In this document: piece by piece, positions 27,567 to 36,297 of the stretch
Numbering within the stretch: the first letter of the stretch is position 1
How the letters are laid out: every line of letters starts with the position of its first letter
Origin: Candidatus Giovannonibacteria bacterium RIFCSPLOWO2_12_FULL_44_15
GTDB taxonomy: Bacteria > Patescibacteriota > Minisyncoccia > JACPKW01 > UBA11713
Direction: 5' to 3'
DNA length: 42,503 nt
Assembly: GCA_001778905.1 (NCBI GenBank)
Contig: MFIQ01000026.1
Span: forward strand, 1-42,503
The notes under the pieces: generated by a model
What the model was told of the DNA's origin: nothing
Databases searched by the model: none
The model's input: only the letters and a program-made list of their open reading frames with translations
Position numbers and translations under genes: made by a program

Positions 27567-27920
27567 TTATAAGCAGATCTCATCCAGAAAACCCATCTCT
27601 CGAGCGCGCTCTGCATTTAAGGCCCAGATGCCCCAACCCAACGCGGCATCCCTGTATGCAACTCGTGGTCTACATCTCTGAAGTATTGTAAATGCAGCCC
27701 AACGCGCCTTCCCAGTTACTTTTCCAGTTACTGAGACACCGCGGCTCCTAAGTATCTCAATAGCTTCGATAATTTTTTGCCCCACTTCGTCGTCATCCGC
27801 ATCTGCGTCAATAATTAAAGTAACCGGACAAGATGCGTCTGACGCCTCTAAATCCGCTGCTATACGCTCAGCTAGAGCTGCGGTGATTTTGCCGCATAAT
27901 TCAATCTTAAGTTCGCTCAT
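27567..27920 (-). CDS. Miniature ClpP/crotonase-fold-like protein, probably catalytically inactive
   Basis: IELCGKI, VTLIID, GKARWAAFTILQ (cf. G.AASMA..IL), LNAERAREMGFLDEI (cf. AEEA.EYGLID.I); AGGAGG SD. Confidence 0.65.
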   Translation of the reverse strand: MSELKIELCGKITAALAERIAADLEASDASCPVTLIIDADADDDEVGQKIIEAIEILRSRGVSVTGKVTGKARWAAFTILQRCRPRVAYRDAALGWGIWALNAERAREMGFLDEICL

Positions 27921-27978
27921 TTTATCCTCCTAAAATTTTCATCTACACTTCAAGGATAATCTAGCATAAAATATCTAT

Positions 27979-30009
27979 ATGGCCAAAGATTATCTTTATG
28001 CCTTTGAATTTTATTTAGTTTTTTTGCTGTTCGCGCCGATCGGGCTTATTGCCGCGCGCCCATTCATCCAAAACTTTCGAGCCGCATATACGCTATCTAA
28101 GCTTCTTGGACTGATTCTTTTTGGATATTTTATTTGGCTCTTATCTTCCCTGCACATTTTAGACTTTCAGAATATTGCGTTAATTAGAATACTTTTCGCG
28201 CTTGCCACGGCCGCAAGCATATATTTGTTATGGAACAATTGGCCCAAGGAATGGCAAAATATTTTAAAAGATATCCTAACTATTGAGACTTTTTGGCTTG
28301 TTTTTTATTTCATCTATCTTTGGCTCAGAAGCCATAATGCGGAAATTCACGGCACCGAGCGATTTATGGACATGGCATTTTTCAAGGCTTCGAGCATGAC
28401 TAATTACTTTCCCCCAATTGACCCCTGGCACGCCGGCAATCCTATCAATTACTATTACTACGGCCATTATCTTTTTTCTCTGGTTTCAAATCTTTCCGGA
28501 GTCGCGGCGAATTACGCCTATACTTTCACGCTAGGAATTATTTTTAGCTCTTCTTTGATGCTCTCTTGGGCCTTCGTCCGGCGTTTTACAAATTCAAAAC
28601 TATTTGCATCGCTTGCGGCATTTTTTATAGTCGCCGCAGGAACCGTTGCCTTCGGAATCTGTATAATTGAAACCTCCGGCGCTTGCTCTTATGTAAAATC
28701 AACAAGGCTTTACGAGCCATCGTATATAATCAACGAGATACCTTCCTATAGCTTCACTGTCGGCGATCTTCACGCCCACCTTATAGCCCTTCCCTTTTTC
28801 TTGCTGGCATTATTCTTTTTATACGAACTATTTGGCCGGGAAAAAATCGGGTATGGGTTGATTGGGGTACTTGCGGTTATTCTGGCTTCTCTTGGAATGA
28901 TCAATCCTTGGGATTTCGTTTCTTTAGCGCTGATTGTTTTCTTAATTGCAGTCTTCAAGCTAATCGGGAATAAAGACAGGGACTTCGCCTCAAAGGCGGT
29001 TGCGCTAGGCGTTCTATCCATCGTTTTAATGCTCCCCTTTTTGATGCATTTCGAAAGCGGAGCCGCAGGAATTGAATTCGCTCCTTTCTATGCAACCAGC
29101 CGCAACCTTCTCGGCAGTTATCAATACCCGACTCCCCTTTCCGGATGGCTCGGCATGTGGGGCGGATTTTCCGCACTCCTCGCTCTCTGCTTTTTTATAT
29201 TTCGCAATAAAATTGGCAGTCTAAAAAAATTTCCCGCCCTCCTTGTTTTGGCAGCCGGGTTGCTTTTGATCGGAGTTGAACTTTTTTTCATAAAGGACAT
29301 ATATTCTCTGGCCAATCCTCCGTACTTCAGAGCCAACACGGTTTTTAAATTTGGTTTCCATGCGTGGACACTTCTTTCACTTTCCACAATGATCCTTTCG
29401 GCCGAGGCCTTCCGCCACTATAGATTTAGAAAAACTTGGCTTCTATCCGTATTCATTATGTTCTTCGTTTTTTTTGGTTTTTTCTATCCGGTGCGAGCCA
29501 TCGGCGAATTTTATCTTTCTTCAGTGTCTCCGGAAACGCTCGACGGCTCAATGTTTTTAAAAACTCTGTACCCAGATGATTACGCCGCAATCATTTGGTT
29601 AAACGAGAATGTGCGCGAAAGGAAAGTTGTCGTTGAAGCTGCGGGCGACAGTTACAAAGATTACGGACGAATCAGTGTTTTTTCCGGAATGATTAACCCA
29701 GTCAATTGGCTCACGCACGAATGGGGGTGGCACTTTAAGCCCGAGGGTCCTCCGCCAGCTAATCCAAAAGCTCCTGTCGAATCCGGCTGGGGTAAAATTG
29801 CGGTAATCTCCGGCGATGTCCGGAAAATTTACGAATCAAGCGACATCAAGGAAACCAAAACTCTTTTGAGAAAATATGGGGCGGAATTCGCGTATATCGG
29901 CGATCTCGAAAGAAAAGAATATCCCAATCTTTTAGAGCAAAAATTTTACGAGCTTGGAAAAGTTGTTTTCTCTTCGGGAAATTCGAAATTATTTAAAGTG
30001 AACGACTAA
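27979..30009 (+). CDS. DUF2298 (Chlor_Arch_YYY) integral membrane protein
   Basis: GTERFMD, PPIDPWHAG..INYYYYGH, INEIPSYSF..GDLHAH, RANTVFKF, VVEAAG.SY. Confidence 0.88.
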   Translation: MAKDYLYAFEFYLVFLLFAPIGLIAARPFIQNFRAAYTLSKLLGLILFGYFIWLLSSLHILDFQNIALIRILFALATAASIYLLWNNWPKEWQNILKDILTIETFWLVFYFIYLWLRSHNAEIHGTERFMDMAFFKASSMTNYFPPIDPWHAGNPINYYYYGHYLFSLVSNLSGVAANYAYTFTLGIIFSSSLMLSWAFVRRFTNSKLFASLAAFFIVAAGTVAFGICIIETSGACSYVKSTRLYEPSYIINEIPSYSFTVGDLHAHLIALPFFLLALFFLYELFGREKIGYGLIGVLAVILASLGMINPWDFVSLALIVFLIAVFKLIGNKDRDFASKAVALGVLSIVLMLPFLMHFESGAAGIEFAPFYATSRNLLGSYQYPTPLSGWLGMWGGFSALLALCFFIFRNKIGSLKKFPALLVLAAGLLLIGVELFFIKDIYSLANPPYFRANTVFKFGFHAWTLLSLSTMILSAEAFRHYRFRKTWLLSVFIMFFVFFGFFYPVRAIGEFYLSSVSPETLDGSMFLKTLYPDDYAAIIWLNENVRERKVVVEAAGDSYKDYGRISVFSGMINPVNWLTHEWGWHFKPEGPPPANPKAPVESGWGKIAVISGDVRKIYESSDIKETKTLLRKYGAEFAYIGDLERKEYPNLLEQKFYELGKVVFSSGNSKLFKVND

Positions 30010-30095
30010 ACAGTCTTATTAAGTAAAGTATTGTTTTTCGTTCTTTTTTCTCATATAATCCTGTAAACGCTACTTTAAATGGTGGGGGGTTAAAT

Positions 30096-30821
30096 ATGAA
30101 TACGGTAGGGTCTCCGATTGGCACCGGCATGAGCGAGAGCAAAACAGCTCTAGGTAAATTTCTGAGAGAAAAGCGCCTCGGGCTTCACATTTCGCAAGTA
30201 GAAGCTGCAAAACGCGTTGGGATGAAGCAGTCTCGTTACAGTACTTTGGAGCGCGGGATTTTTACACGCGTAAACGGCAAATGGTTTCCAGGTTTAGCGC
30301 ATGCTTTAAAGTGTAGAATCACCGAGCTAAGAGCATTAACGCCAATAAGGAAAGCGCCTCAAACAAAGCGAGGCAATCTAATTCGTTATCTGCGCAAGCG
30401 GCAACATTTAAGCATCGAGGAGTTAGCTCTAATACTTCACATGAAAAGAAGGTATGTCTACGAGCTAGAGACGAGAGGCAATCAGAAAATGAAATCGGAG
30501 ACCGTAGAAAAACTGGCTTCGGCGTTGAATTGCGATGTTTCGATCTTCAAAAATTGCGTCGGCTTAGAAAGGCGCAAAGCCAAGGGAAAATTAGGCAGAC
30601 TTGTTCAGTCGCGCTGTCATTTCCTAAATCTAAACCAAGCGGAGTTAGCAAGGCGCACTGGAAAAACAAGGGCATATATAAGCAAAATTGAATCCGGAGC
30701 TCTGAGTTTACGATTTGCCCATGAAACGCGGCGATTGCTCTCAGGAGCACTCGAGCTCGATCCATCGGTTATCGATGCTGCGGTGAAAAAGAAGAAGCCT
30801 GAGGTTAGTGCGATCCCCTGA
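30096..30821 (+). CDS. Protein with three tandem XRE/Cro-type HTH domains
   Basis: LGKFLREKR..SQVEAAKRVG..YSTLERG; GNLIRYLRK..SIEELA..VYELETRG; LGRLVQSR..NQAELARRTG..YISKIESG. Confidence 0.85.
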   Translation: MNTVGSPIGTGMSESKTALGKFLREKRLGLHISQVEAAKRVGMKQSRYSTLERGIFTRVNGKWFPGLAHALKCRITELRALTPIRKAPQTKRGNLIRYLRKRQHLSIEELALILHMKRRYVYELETRGNQKMKSETVEKLASALNCDVSIFKNCVGLERRKAKGKLGRLVQSRCHFLNLNQAELARRTGKTRAYISKIESGALSLRFAHETRRLLSGALELDPSVIDAAVKKKKPEVSAIP

Positions 30822-30876
30822 GAAGCATCGCTAAACAAAGCTCTCCAACTTGGATTAATGGGAGGAAAATATAATT

Positions 30877-30912
30877 GGGGCTCATCGACGACAATTCGAT
30901 GGGCCTCTTTTT
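30877..30912 (+). terminator. Intrinsic terminator
   Basis: gggctcatcga...tcgatgggcct followed by a T run. Confidence 0.6.
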
Positions 30913-31014
30913 ATATCTCAAGAATATATTCTGATTTGTTATAAAAAATATTTTGTGGTGTTATTTTAGCATTTGCGCGAACCTTTTTCTCCCGGATGTT
31001 TTGACGTTCAGGGG

Positions 31015-31085
31015 TGGACCCGGGGAGAATCGAACTCCCGTTTGCCGGATGCAAACCGGCCGTTTTACCACTGAACTACGGGCCC
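31015..31085 (-). tRNA. tRNA-Ala (UGC)
   Basis: GGGCCCG/CGGGTCC acceptor with G3:U70, GCCGG-TT-TGC-AT-CCGGC anticodon arm, GGGAGTTCGATTCTCCC T arm; CCA not fully encoded. Confidence 0.95.
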
Positions 31086-31135
31086 ACCTCTGAACGTCAG
31101 AGAAATACCAGACTTTATTAATTATAGAAATGGAA

Positions 31136-31229
31136 TGGTACAAACCGGGCTTCGGTCGCTCCTACACGACCCCGCGGACTTCGTCCGGCTCGTGCTATTA
31201 AACGCACTCGCCCACTAAGCTAATGGCCC
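31136..31229 (-). ncRNA. tRNA-like structured element (degenerate tRNA or multi-hairpin insertion)
   Basis: Starts GGGCCATTAGCTTAGTGG, has three internal hairpins closed by GGGC/GCCC, ends ACCA. Confidence 0.45.
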
Positions 31230-31249
31230 AAACGTTATTTAGTATAAAC

Positions 31250-31283
31250 AAAATAGCCGTGCCTGTGAAGGCGCGGCTATTTT
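31250..31283. terminator. Terminator after cupredoxin gene
   Basis: aaaatagccgtgcct-gtga-aggcgcggctatttt. Confidence 0.7.
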
Positions 31284-31312
31284 AAAAACTCCTTAAGACG
31301 ACTATCCGATGA

Positions 31313-31750
31313 CTATTCAACAATTATTTTACCGAACTGGGTCGGGTTCAGATGATCGTGCATCGGGCAGGTCTTTACCTCCGTGAAGGTAAATGAATAA
31401 CTTTCCCCCGGATTTATCCCTGGCTTTGCGTCAAATCCCGGACAGGTTGTGTGTTGCGGGTGGGGTCCAGAAGCTGGCCAGCGCTTTTTTGTATCCTTGT
31501 TAATAAACTTAACCGTATCCCCCGCTTTAATTCTCACTTCAGCCGGAGAAAATCCGGAAGCAGTGATATCCACAGTGACTTCTTTTGCCACAATGCTGCT
31601 CGGGGCAGGCGTAGGAGTTGGCGAAGGCGTCGCCGTTGGGGTCCCGCTCGATACGGACTCGGGGGCAGGTGCCTGATTTTGAGCTGAATACAAATACCAT
31701 CCAGCTCCAGCAATAACAATTATCACAACAACAATTCCTAATGTTTTCAT
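31313..31750 (-). CDS. Membrane-anchored cupredoxin-fold protein with non-canonical ligands
   Basis: N-terminal TM, Pro/Thr linker, GFSPAEVRIKAGDTVKFIN, PGESYSFTF, MHDHLNP..GKIIVE. Confidence 0.85.
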   Translation of the reverse strand: MKTLGIVVVIIVIAGAGWYLYSAQNQAPAPESVSSGTPTATPSPTPTPAPSSIVAKEVTVDITASGFSPAEVRIKAGDTVKFINKDTKKRWPASGPHPQHTTCPGFDAKPGINPGESYSFTFTEVKTCPMHDHLNPTQFGKIIVE

Positions 31751-31780
31751 ATCATACTAGTATATCGCGCGGACATTATT

Positions 31781-33259
31781 TCATGCAAATCCGGGGAAGT
31801 AATCCGTGACAATATTCAGCCGCGGGGCTCCCATATCCCTAAGTATTTTTTTAAATGCGCTTACCATCGCTTCCGGCCCTGAGATATAAAACACTCTCTC
31901 GGACCAGTCCGGGAGTTTTTCCCTAATCAGTGCCGCATCCATTAATTTTGAGACAACATATTCGGCCTTAAGTCCTATTTTGGCCTCAGCTTCGATAAAC
32001 AGATATCTATACGCTATCTCATTTTCGTCCCTCATAGCGTAGAGAAGTTTTATATCCCGCTTTTCCCCCGAATCAACAAGATACTTAATCATGCTCCGAA
32101 AAGGAGTGACTCCGATCCCTCCGGCGATAAAAGCGAGCTTCCTGTTTTTACCACGGGGAAGTGTAAAATCCCCGGCGAGTTGGCCCGCAAAAACTTTTGC
32201 TCCTTCCTCGAGCTCGAATAGTGTTTTTTTAAAGCTGGAAGGCGGGCTGTTTAATTTTATTCCTAGTCTTATTTCTCTCTCTGTTGGGGAAGAAGCAATT
32301 GTGAAATATCTCCGGACCCCGCGAGCATCCGAGGGGCTATGCGGAAGCGTCCACTCGAGATACTGCCCCGGCGCGAAGAAAAAAGGCCGGTCAGGCGCGA
32401 ATATAAATTCGTAAATATCTTTTGCAATTTTATCTTTGCCTTTGAGTGTAAAAATTATCTTTCTCCTAAACCCGACGAGATACGAAAAAACGTTCCCTGC
32501 GAGCAGCATAAATTCCGGCGTTGGATAAAATGAGCCAATGTGAATCTGTGAGCCGAACAGAATGCCCAATATCGTCCCGTATATAACGCGAGAAGCGCGC
32601 CTGGGCGGAGCCGTAATCGGCTCGGTTAGCATAATTGTCCCGAAAAATAAAAGTGGCCCGGAGAAAAGAGCCATGTATAAAAGCGGTGTTACGGCCGCGC
32701 CGCTGGCAACGCCGAGATAGATAGTGAATCCAAGTCCTCCGGCCAAAAACGGGAAGAGAAGATCAAATCGCCTCAGTTTTTTTACAACCAAAAGTCCAGC
32801 AACCAAAACGAGCAAGAACATGGCTCTGTTTCCAACCCACCACGAAGCGCCCCCGAGGCCCGTAACAAAAATTATTGCGGCAGCAAATGCAGCCGGATTA
32901 AAAATGTGGCGCTTAAAGGGTGCGATAAGATATTTCGACACCATCGCAATAATCCCCGCTAGCGCTAGAATTTTTAAATCAGAAGGGGTTGCTGGCGGCG
33001 TCATAAGCATGAAGAGAATCAGCGCCGTGATGAAGGGCGACTCGACATTTACGGGAGCAGAGAATATCTTCGAAAAAATATAATTGGAAATGAAACATAC
33101 GGCGAGAAGAATTATCGCCGAGAGAAGAAGCCAAATTCCCTCATACGGCAGGGCGCCAACAAATCCTAAAATAATCGCAAGAATCGTTAAAGCGGTGAGC
33201 GCGTATAGCACAAAGCGATATGTCGTTATGGAATTCAAGAAATTGTTTACGAAACCCAT
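31781..33259 (-). CDS. RnfD/NqrB-like membrane domain fused to FNR-type FAD/NAD(P)H-binding domain
   Basis: ITALIL, SKYLI..RHIFNPAA, FFGTIMLTEPITAP; then PGQYLEW, RYFTIASSP, FIAGGIGVTPFRSM, YISGPEAMV, DYFPGF. Confidence 0.88.
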   Translation of the reverse strand: MGFVNNFLNSITTYRFVLYALTALTILAIILGFVGALPYEGIWLLLSAIILLAVCFISNYIFSKIFSAPVNVESPFITALILFMLMTPPATPSDLKILALAGIIAMVSKYLIAPFKRHIFNPAAFAAAIIFVTGLGGASWWVGNRAMFLLVLVAGLLVVKKLRRFDLLFPFLAGGLGFTIYLGVASGAAVTPLLYMALFSGPLLFFGTIMLTEPITAPPRRASRVIYGTILGILFGSQIHIGSFYPTPEFMLLAGNVFSYLVGFRRKIIFTLKGKDKIAKDIYEFIFAPDRPFFFAPGQYLEWTLPHSPSDARGVRRYFTIASSPTEREIRLGIKLNSPPSSFKKTLFELEEGAKVFAGQLAGDFTLPRGKNRKLAFIAGGIGVTPFRSMIKYLVDSGEKRDIKLLYAMRDENEIAYRYLFIEAEAKIGLKAEYVVSKLMDAALIREKLPDWSERVFYISGPEAMVSAFKKILRDMGAPRLNIVTDYFPGFA

Positions 33260-34222
33260 TTATTGCAGAAGCGCCAAAGATACCAAGTGATCAAGGAAGT
33301 TTGGGAATGTTAAACCGACCGCCTCAGAGGCCTTAGGCAAAAGCGATTCCGAAGTAAGCCCCGGCAAAGTATTTGTCTCTAAAATATAAATTCCTCGAGG
33401 GGAAATAATGAAGTCTGAGCGCGAATAGTGGCGGAGGCCCAAAGCTTCGTGTGCAATAACGGCCATATTCTGAATTTCCTCGGAAATTTTGCTCTCAAAA
33501 TGCGCCGGGCAAATCTCCTTGGTCTCGCCGCTATATTTAACTTTGTAATTAAAAAAGTTGCCTTCCGGGGGGATTATTTCGATCACGGGCAGCGCATAAT
33601 ATTTTTTTCCTCGAAAATTTTCAAGAACTCCGGCAGTCGCCTCTTTCCCAGCAATAAATTCTTCTGCAAGAGCTTCATCATCATATGAAAAAGCTTTTTC
33701 AAGCGCGGATGGGATATCCGAGACGACCTTCGCAATGGCAACGCCGACTGAAGACCCACGCCCCGCGGGTTTAATAATCCATGGCGGAAAAAGAGTTTCA
33801 TTTATATCGCGAACAGAATCTTTTATATTTGCGGATTTTTTTACAGTAAGCCCTCTAGGCGTTTTTAATCCGGCATTTTTATAAATATCTTTAGCAAGAT
33901 ATTTTTTCATTGAAATAGCGGACGAAAGAATACCGGATCCGGTATATGGAATTTTATGCCCCTCTAAAATCTGTTGCACTTGCCCGTCCTCGCCGTATTC
34001 GCCGTGAAGGGCGTTAAAAACCGCATCCACCTTTCGGAATATCTTGGCCGGCTCCATAGGAAAGCCGTCCATATGCCATGCACCATCTTTGGAAATTAAA
34101 ACATCGTGTGCTTGGTATTTATCTTTTGGCAGAAATTTCAAAACGCTCTCCCCAGTCAGGAGGGATATTTCATACTCCGCGGAGGGACCGCCGCGCAAAA
34201 TCGCCACTCTAATTTTCGCCAT
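33260..34222 (-). CDS. ddl: D-alanine--D-alanine ligase
   Basis: GGPSAEYEISL, LHGEYGEDG, IPYTGSG, GSSVGV, SRSDF, LETNTLPGLT. Confidence 0.96.
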   Translation of the reverse strand: MAKIRVAILRGGPSAEYEISLLTGESVLKFLPKDKYQAHDVLISKDGAWHMDGFPMEPAKIFRKVDAVFNALHGEYGEDGQVQQILEGHKIPYTGSGILSSAISMKKYLAKDIYKNAGLKTPRGLTVKKSANIKDSVRDINETLFPPWIIKPAGRGSSVGVAIAKVVSDIPSALEKAFSYDDEALAEEFIAGKEATAGVLENFRGKKYYALPVIEIIPPEGNFFNYKVKYSGETKEICPAHFESKISEEIQNMAVIAHEALGLRHYSRSDFIISPRGIYILETNTLPGLTSESLLPKASEAVGLTFPNFLDHLVSLALLQ

Positions 34223-34241
34223 TTAGATATTATAGCGTTAT

Positions 34242-35552
34242 TTACCTATTTTCCCAGCCGTCGTCCTGCCGGCACAATAGCTCCTTTTTCTTCTCCGGTT
34301 CGGCCATGAGCCGCTCCACAATTTTCTCCATCCGCATTCCCTGCGATCCCTTAATCAAGAGTAGATCGCCTGGCTTGATGATTTTTTCAAGTTCTTCCCC
34401 TGCGCGCCCTGAAGTTTCAAAAATATAAATGCTCCGCTTTTTAAGGCCCTCTTTAATGGCGCCTTCCATAAAAAATTTCGCCCGTACGCCAACCGTGCAC
34501 AAAATATCAGAGACATCCGCCGCCAAGCTTCCGAGATCGCGATGGGCCGTAATAGTATGCTTTCCTAATTCGAGCATATCTCCCAAAACCGCAATCTTTC
34601 TTCCTTCTCTAGTCGGCGGTTTTATATCATCGAGGGTCTTTAAAGCCGCTTCAAGTGCTTTTGGAGAGGAATTATATGAATCGTCCAATATGAGCGTTTC
34701 CTTTACTCCCCGTATTAACTTCAAGCGCCCTGGGGGAGGCGAATAGACCGAAATCATTTCGATACAATCCTCGAGTGTCATTCCAAGATTAGAACCGACG
34801 GTGATCGCCGCAAGTGCCGGATATACGCTATGGGAACCGAAAGCATTCATAATTTTTACAGGTAGATCTTCGCTCTTAGTTTTGACCTTAAACTCAATGC
34901 CTTCTGGGACTGAGCCAAACTTTTCGCGCCTGAAAAATATTTTATAATCCATGGCCTCAAAATCTGCTCCTTCGGAAAACCCATAGGTTAAGATCTCGCC
35001 ATCGGTCTTATCTTTCATTTCCATTATTCTGGGGTCGTCAAAATTCAAAATAATGGAGGATTTTTCGTCGAGCCCTTTGATCAGCTCTACTTTCTCGCCA
35101 AAAACTTCTTCCGGCCCGGAAAAAAATTCCACGTGGACTGGAATCTCTGCCAACGCCGTCAAAACTGCGACATCGGGCTTAAGCCATAACCTTATCTTCT
35201 TGATATCTTCCGGGCGGTCCGCGCCAACTTCCAAGACCAAAATTTCTGGATAATTTTCTCGAGTGACGATTGCCGCAACCCCCTTCCAGAAAGCAACGAG
35301 CCACATATAAATAGAATCCCATCCGCTCTCCGCCCCAATTATCGCGAGCGGGACGCCGAGTTCAGAGTTATAGCTCTTTTTGCTTTTCCTAACCCTGAAT
35401 TTTTTCTCGAGGACTTTCGCGATCGCGTCCTTGGTCGAAGTCTTCCCGACCGATCCCGTCACGGCAACGACTTTGGGCTTATATTTTTTTAATATTAGCT
35501 GTGCCTCCCAAGTCAAAACAAAAACAACAATTTTTTTCAGTATTTCGTGCAT
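34242..35552 (-). CDS. murF: UDP-MurNAc-tripeptide--D-Ala-D-Ala ligase
   Basis: VTGSVGKTSTKD, NSELGVPL, DDSYNSSP, VLGDMLELG, LIKGSQGMRME. Confidence 0.94.
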   Translation of the reverse strand: MHEILKKIVVFVLTWEAQLILKKYKPKVVAVTGSVGKTSTKDAIAKVLEKKFRVRKSKKSYNSELGVPLAIIGAESGWDSIYMWLVAFWKGVAAIVTRENYPEILVLEVGADRPEDIKKIRLWLKPDVAVLTALAEIPVHVEFFSGPEEVFGEKVELIKGLDEKSSIILNFDDPRIMEMKDKTDGEILTYGFSEGADFEAMDYKIFFRREKFGSVPEGIEFKVKTKSEDLPVKIMNAFGSHSVYPALAAITVGSNLGMTLEDCIEMISVYSPPPGRLKLIRGVKETLILDDSYNSSPKALEAALKTLDDIKPPTREGRKIAVLGDMLELGKHTITAHRDLGSLAADVSDILCTVGVRAKFFMEGAIKEGLKKRSIYIFETSGRAGEELEKIIKPGDLLLIKGSQGMRMEKIVERLMAEPEKKKELLCRQDDGWENR

Positions 35553-35584
35553 ATAAAAATATAGTATATATTATAAGCTATATC

Positions 35585-35613
35585 TTGATTTTTTTCTAAA
35601 AATAGTGTATACT
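35585..35613 (+). promoter_or_regulatory. Sigma70-like promoter
   Basis: TTGATT-17 nt-TATACT upstream of the YdcF-like gene. Confidence 0.5.
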
Positions 35614-35650
35614 GCAATCAAAATTCCTTGCAAAAGAAAGGGGTAATAAG

Positions 35651-36210
35651 ATGCCTGCAGAAACCATTATTGTGGTTATTCCCTGTCACTTCAAAAGAAA
35701 AAATGAGCTTTGTGCCACATCTATAAAGCGTCTTGAGAGAGCACTGAATTTTTATAGCAGGGCGCTGTTTATCCTAACGGGTCCAGTGCCATTCGAGTCC
35801 GGTAGCAAAACGCTTAGTGATCTCATGAGAGAATATCTAATCTCCGAAGGCGTTCCGAAATCACGCATCTTTGGCGGAGAAGGAGTTGAGATTTTTTCCG
35901 AAGCAAAAAACACCGTAGCCCTCATCGAAAGACGATTCCCTGATTGCAAGGCGTTTGAGATCGTCAGCTCCGATTGGTATTTCCTTCCGGGGTGGAAGAT
36001 CTGGAGTCATGCGGCTTCAGAAAGCGGATTGGAAATCGAAACGATCGAAGTATTTGATACCGGGGCATCAAAACGAGAGCATACTATCTGCTCGGCGGCA
36101 TCCTGGTTTGGTTATCCTTCCTCCTCCGTTTAAACGGTTTTCTGGGAAAAGTTATGACCAAGCTCTATGCCGGACGCAAAAAAAGTTTCAAACGTAATGG
36201 CTGCGCCTGA
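35651..36210 (+). pseudogene. YdcF/DUF218-like protein with apparent frameshift near 36070-36073
   Basis: RLERAL, ILTG, MREYLISEGVP..RI, IVSSDWY; the -1 frame from 36073 reads TRAYYLLGGILVWLSFLLRLNGFLGKVMTKLYAGRKKSFKRNGCA* and ends just before the hairpin. Confidence 0.6.
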
Positions 36211-36219
36211 TCAACAAAC

Positions 36220-36249
36220 GAGCCCGGTAGGATTTCTCCCACCGGGCTC
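36220..36249. terminator. Hairpin after YdcF-like gene
   Basis: gagcccggt...accgggctc. Confidence 0.6.
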
Positions 36250-36259
36250 AAAAACTACC

Positions 36260-36284
36260 CACTTAGGTGTCCGACACCTAAGTG
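36260..36284. repeat. REP-like palindrome, left of transposase
   Basis: cacttaggtgtc-c-gacacctaagtg perfect 12-bp inverted repeat. Confidence 0.9.
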
Positions 36285-36297
36285 CTATAATCTAGGA

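Noticed and set aside
30961..31143. 60-aa minus-strand ORF
   Set aside because: Overlaps tRNA-Ala; spurious
34265..34274. cctgccggca as a third copy of the 21-nt palindrome in murF
   Set aside because: Only 10 nt match and the outer arms are missing; compatible with chance
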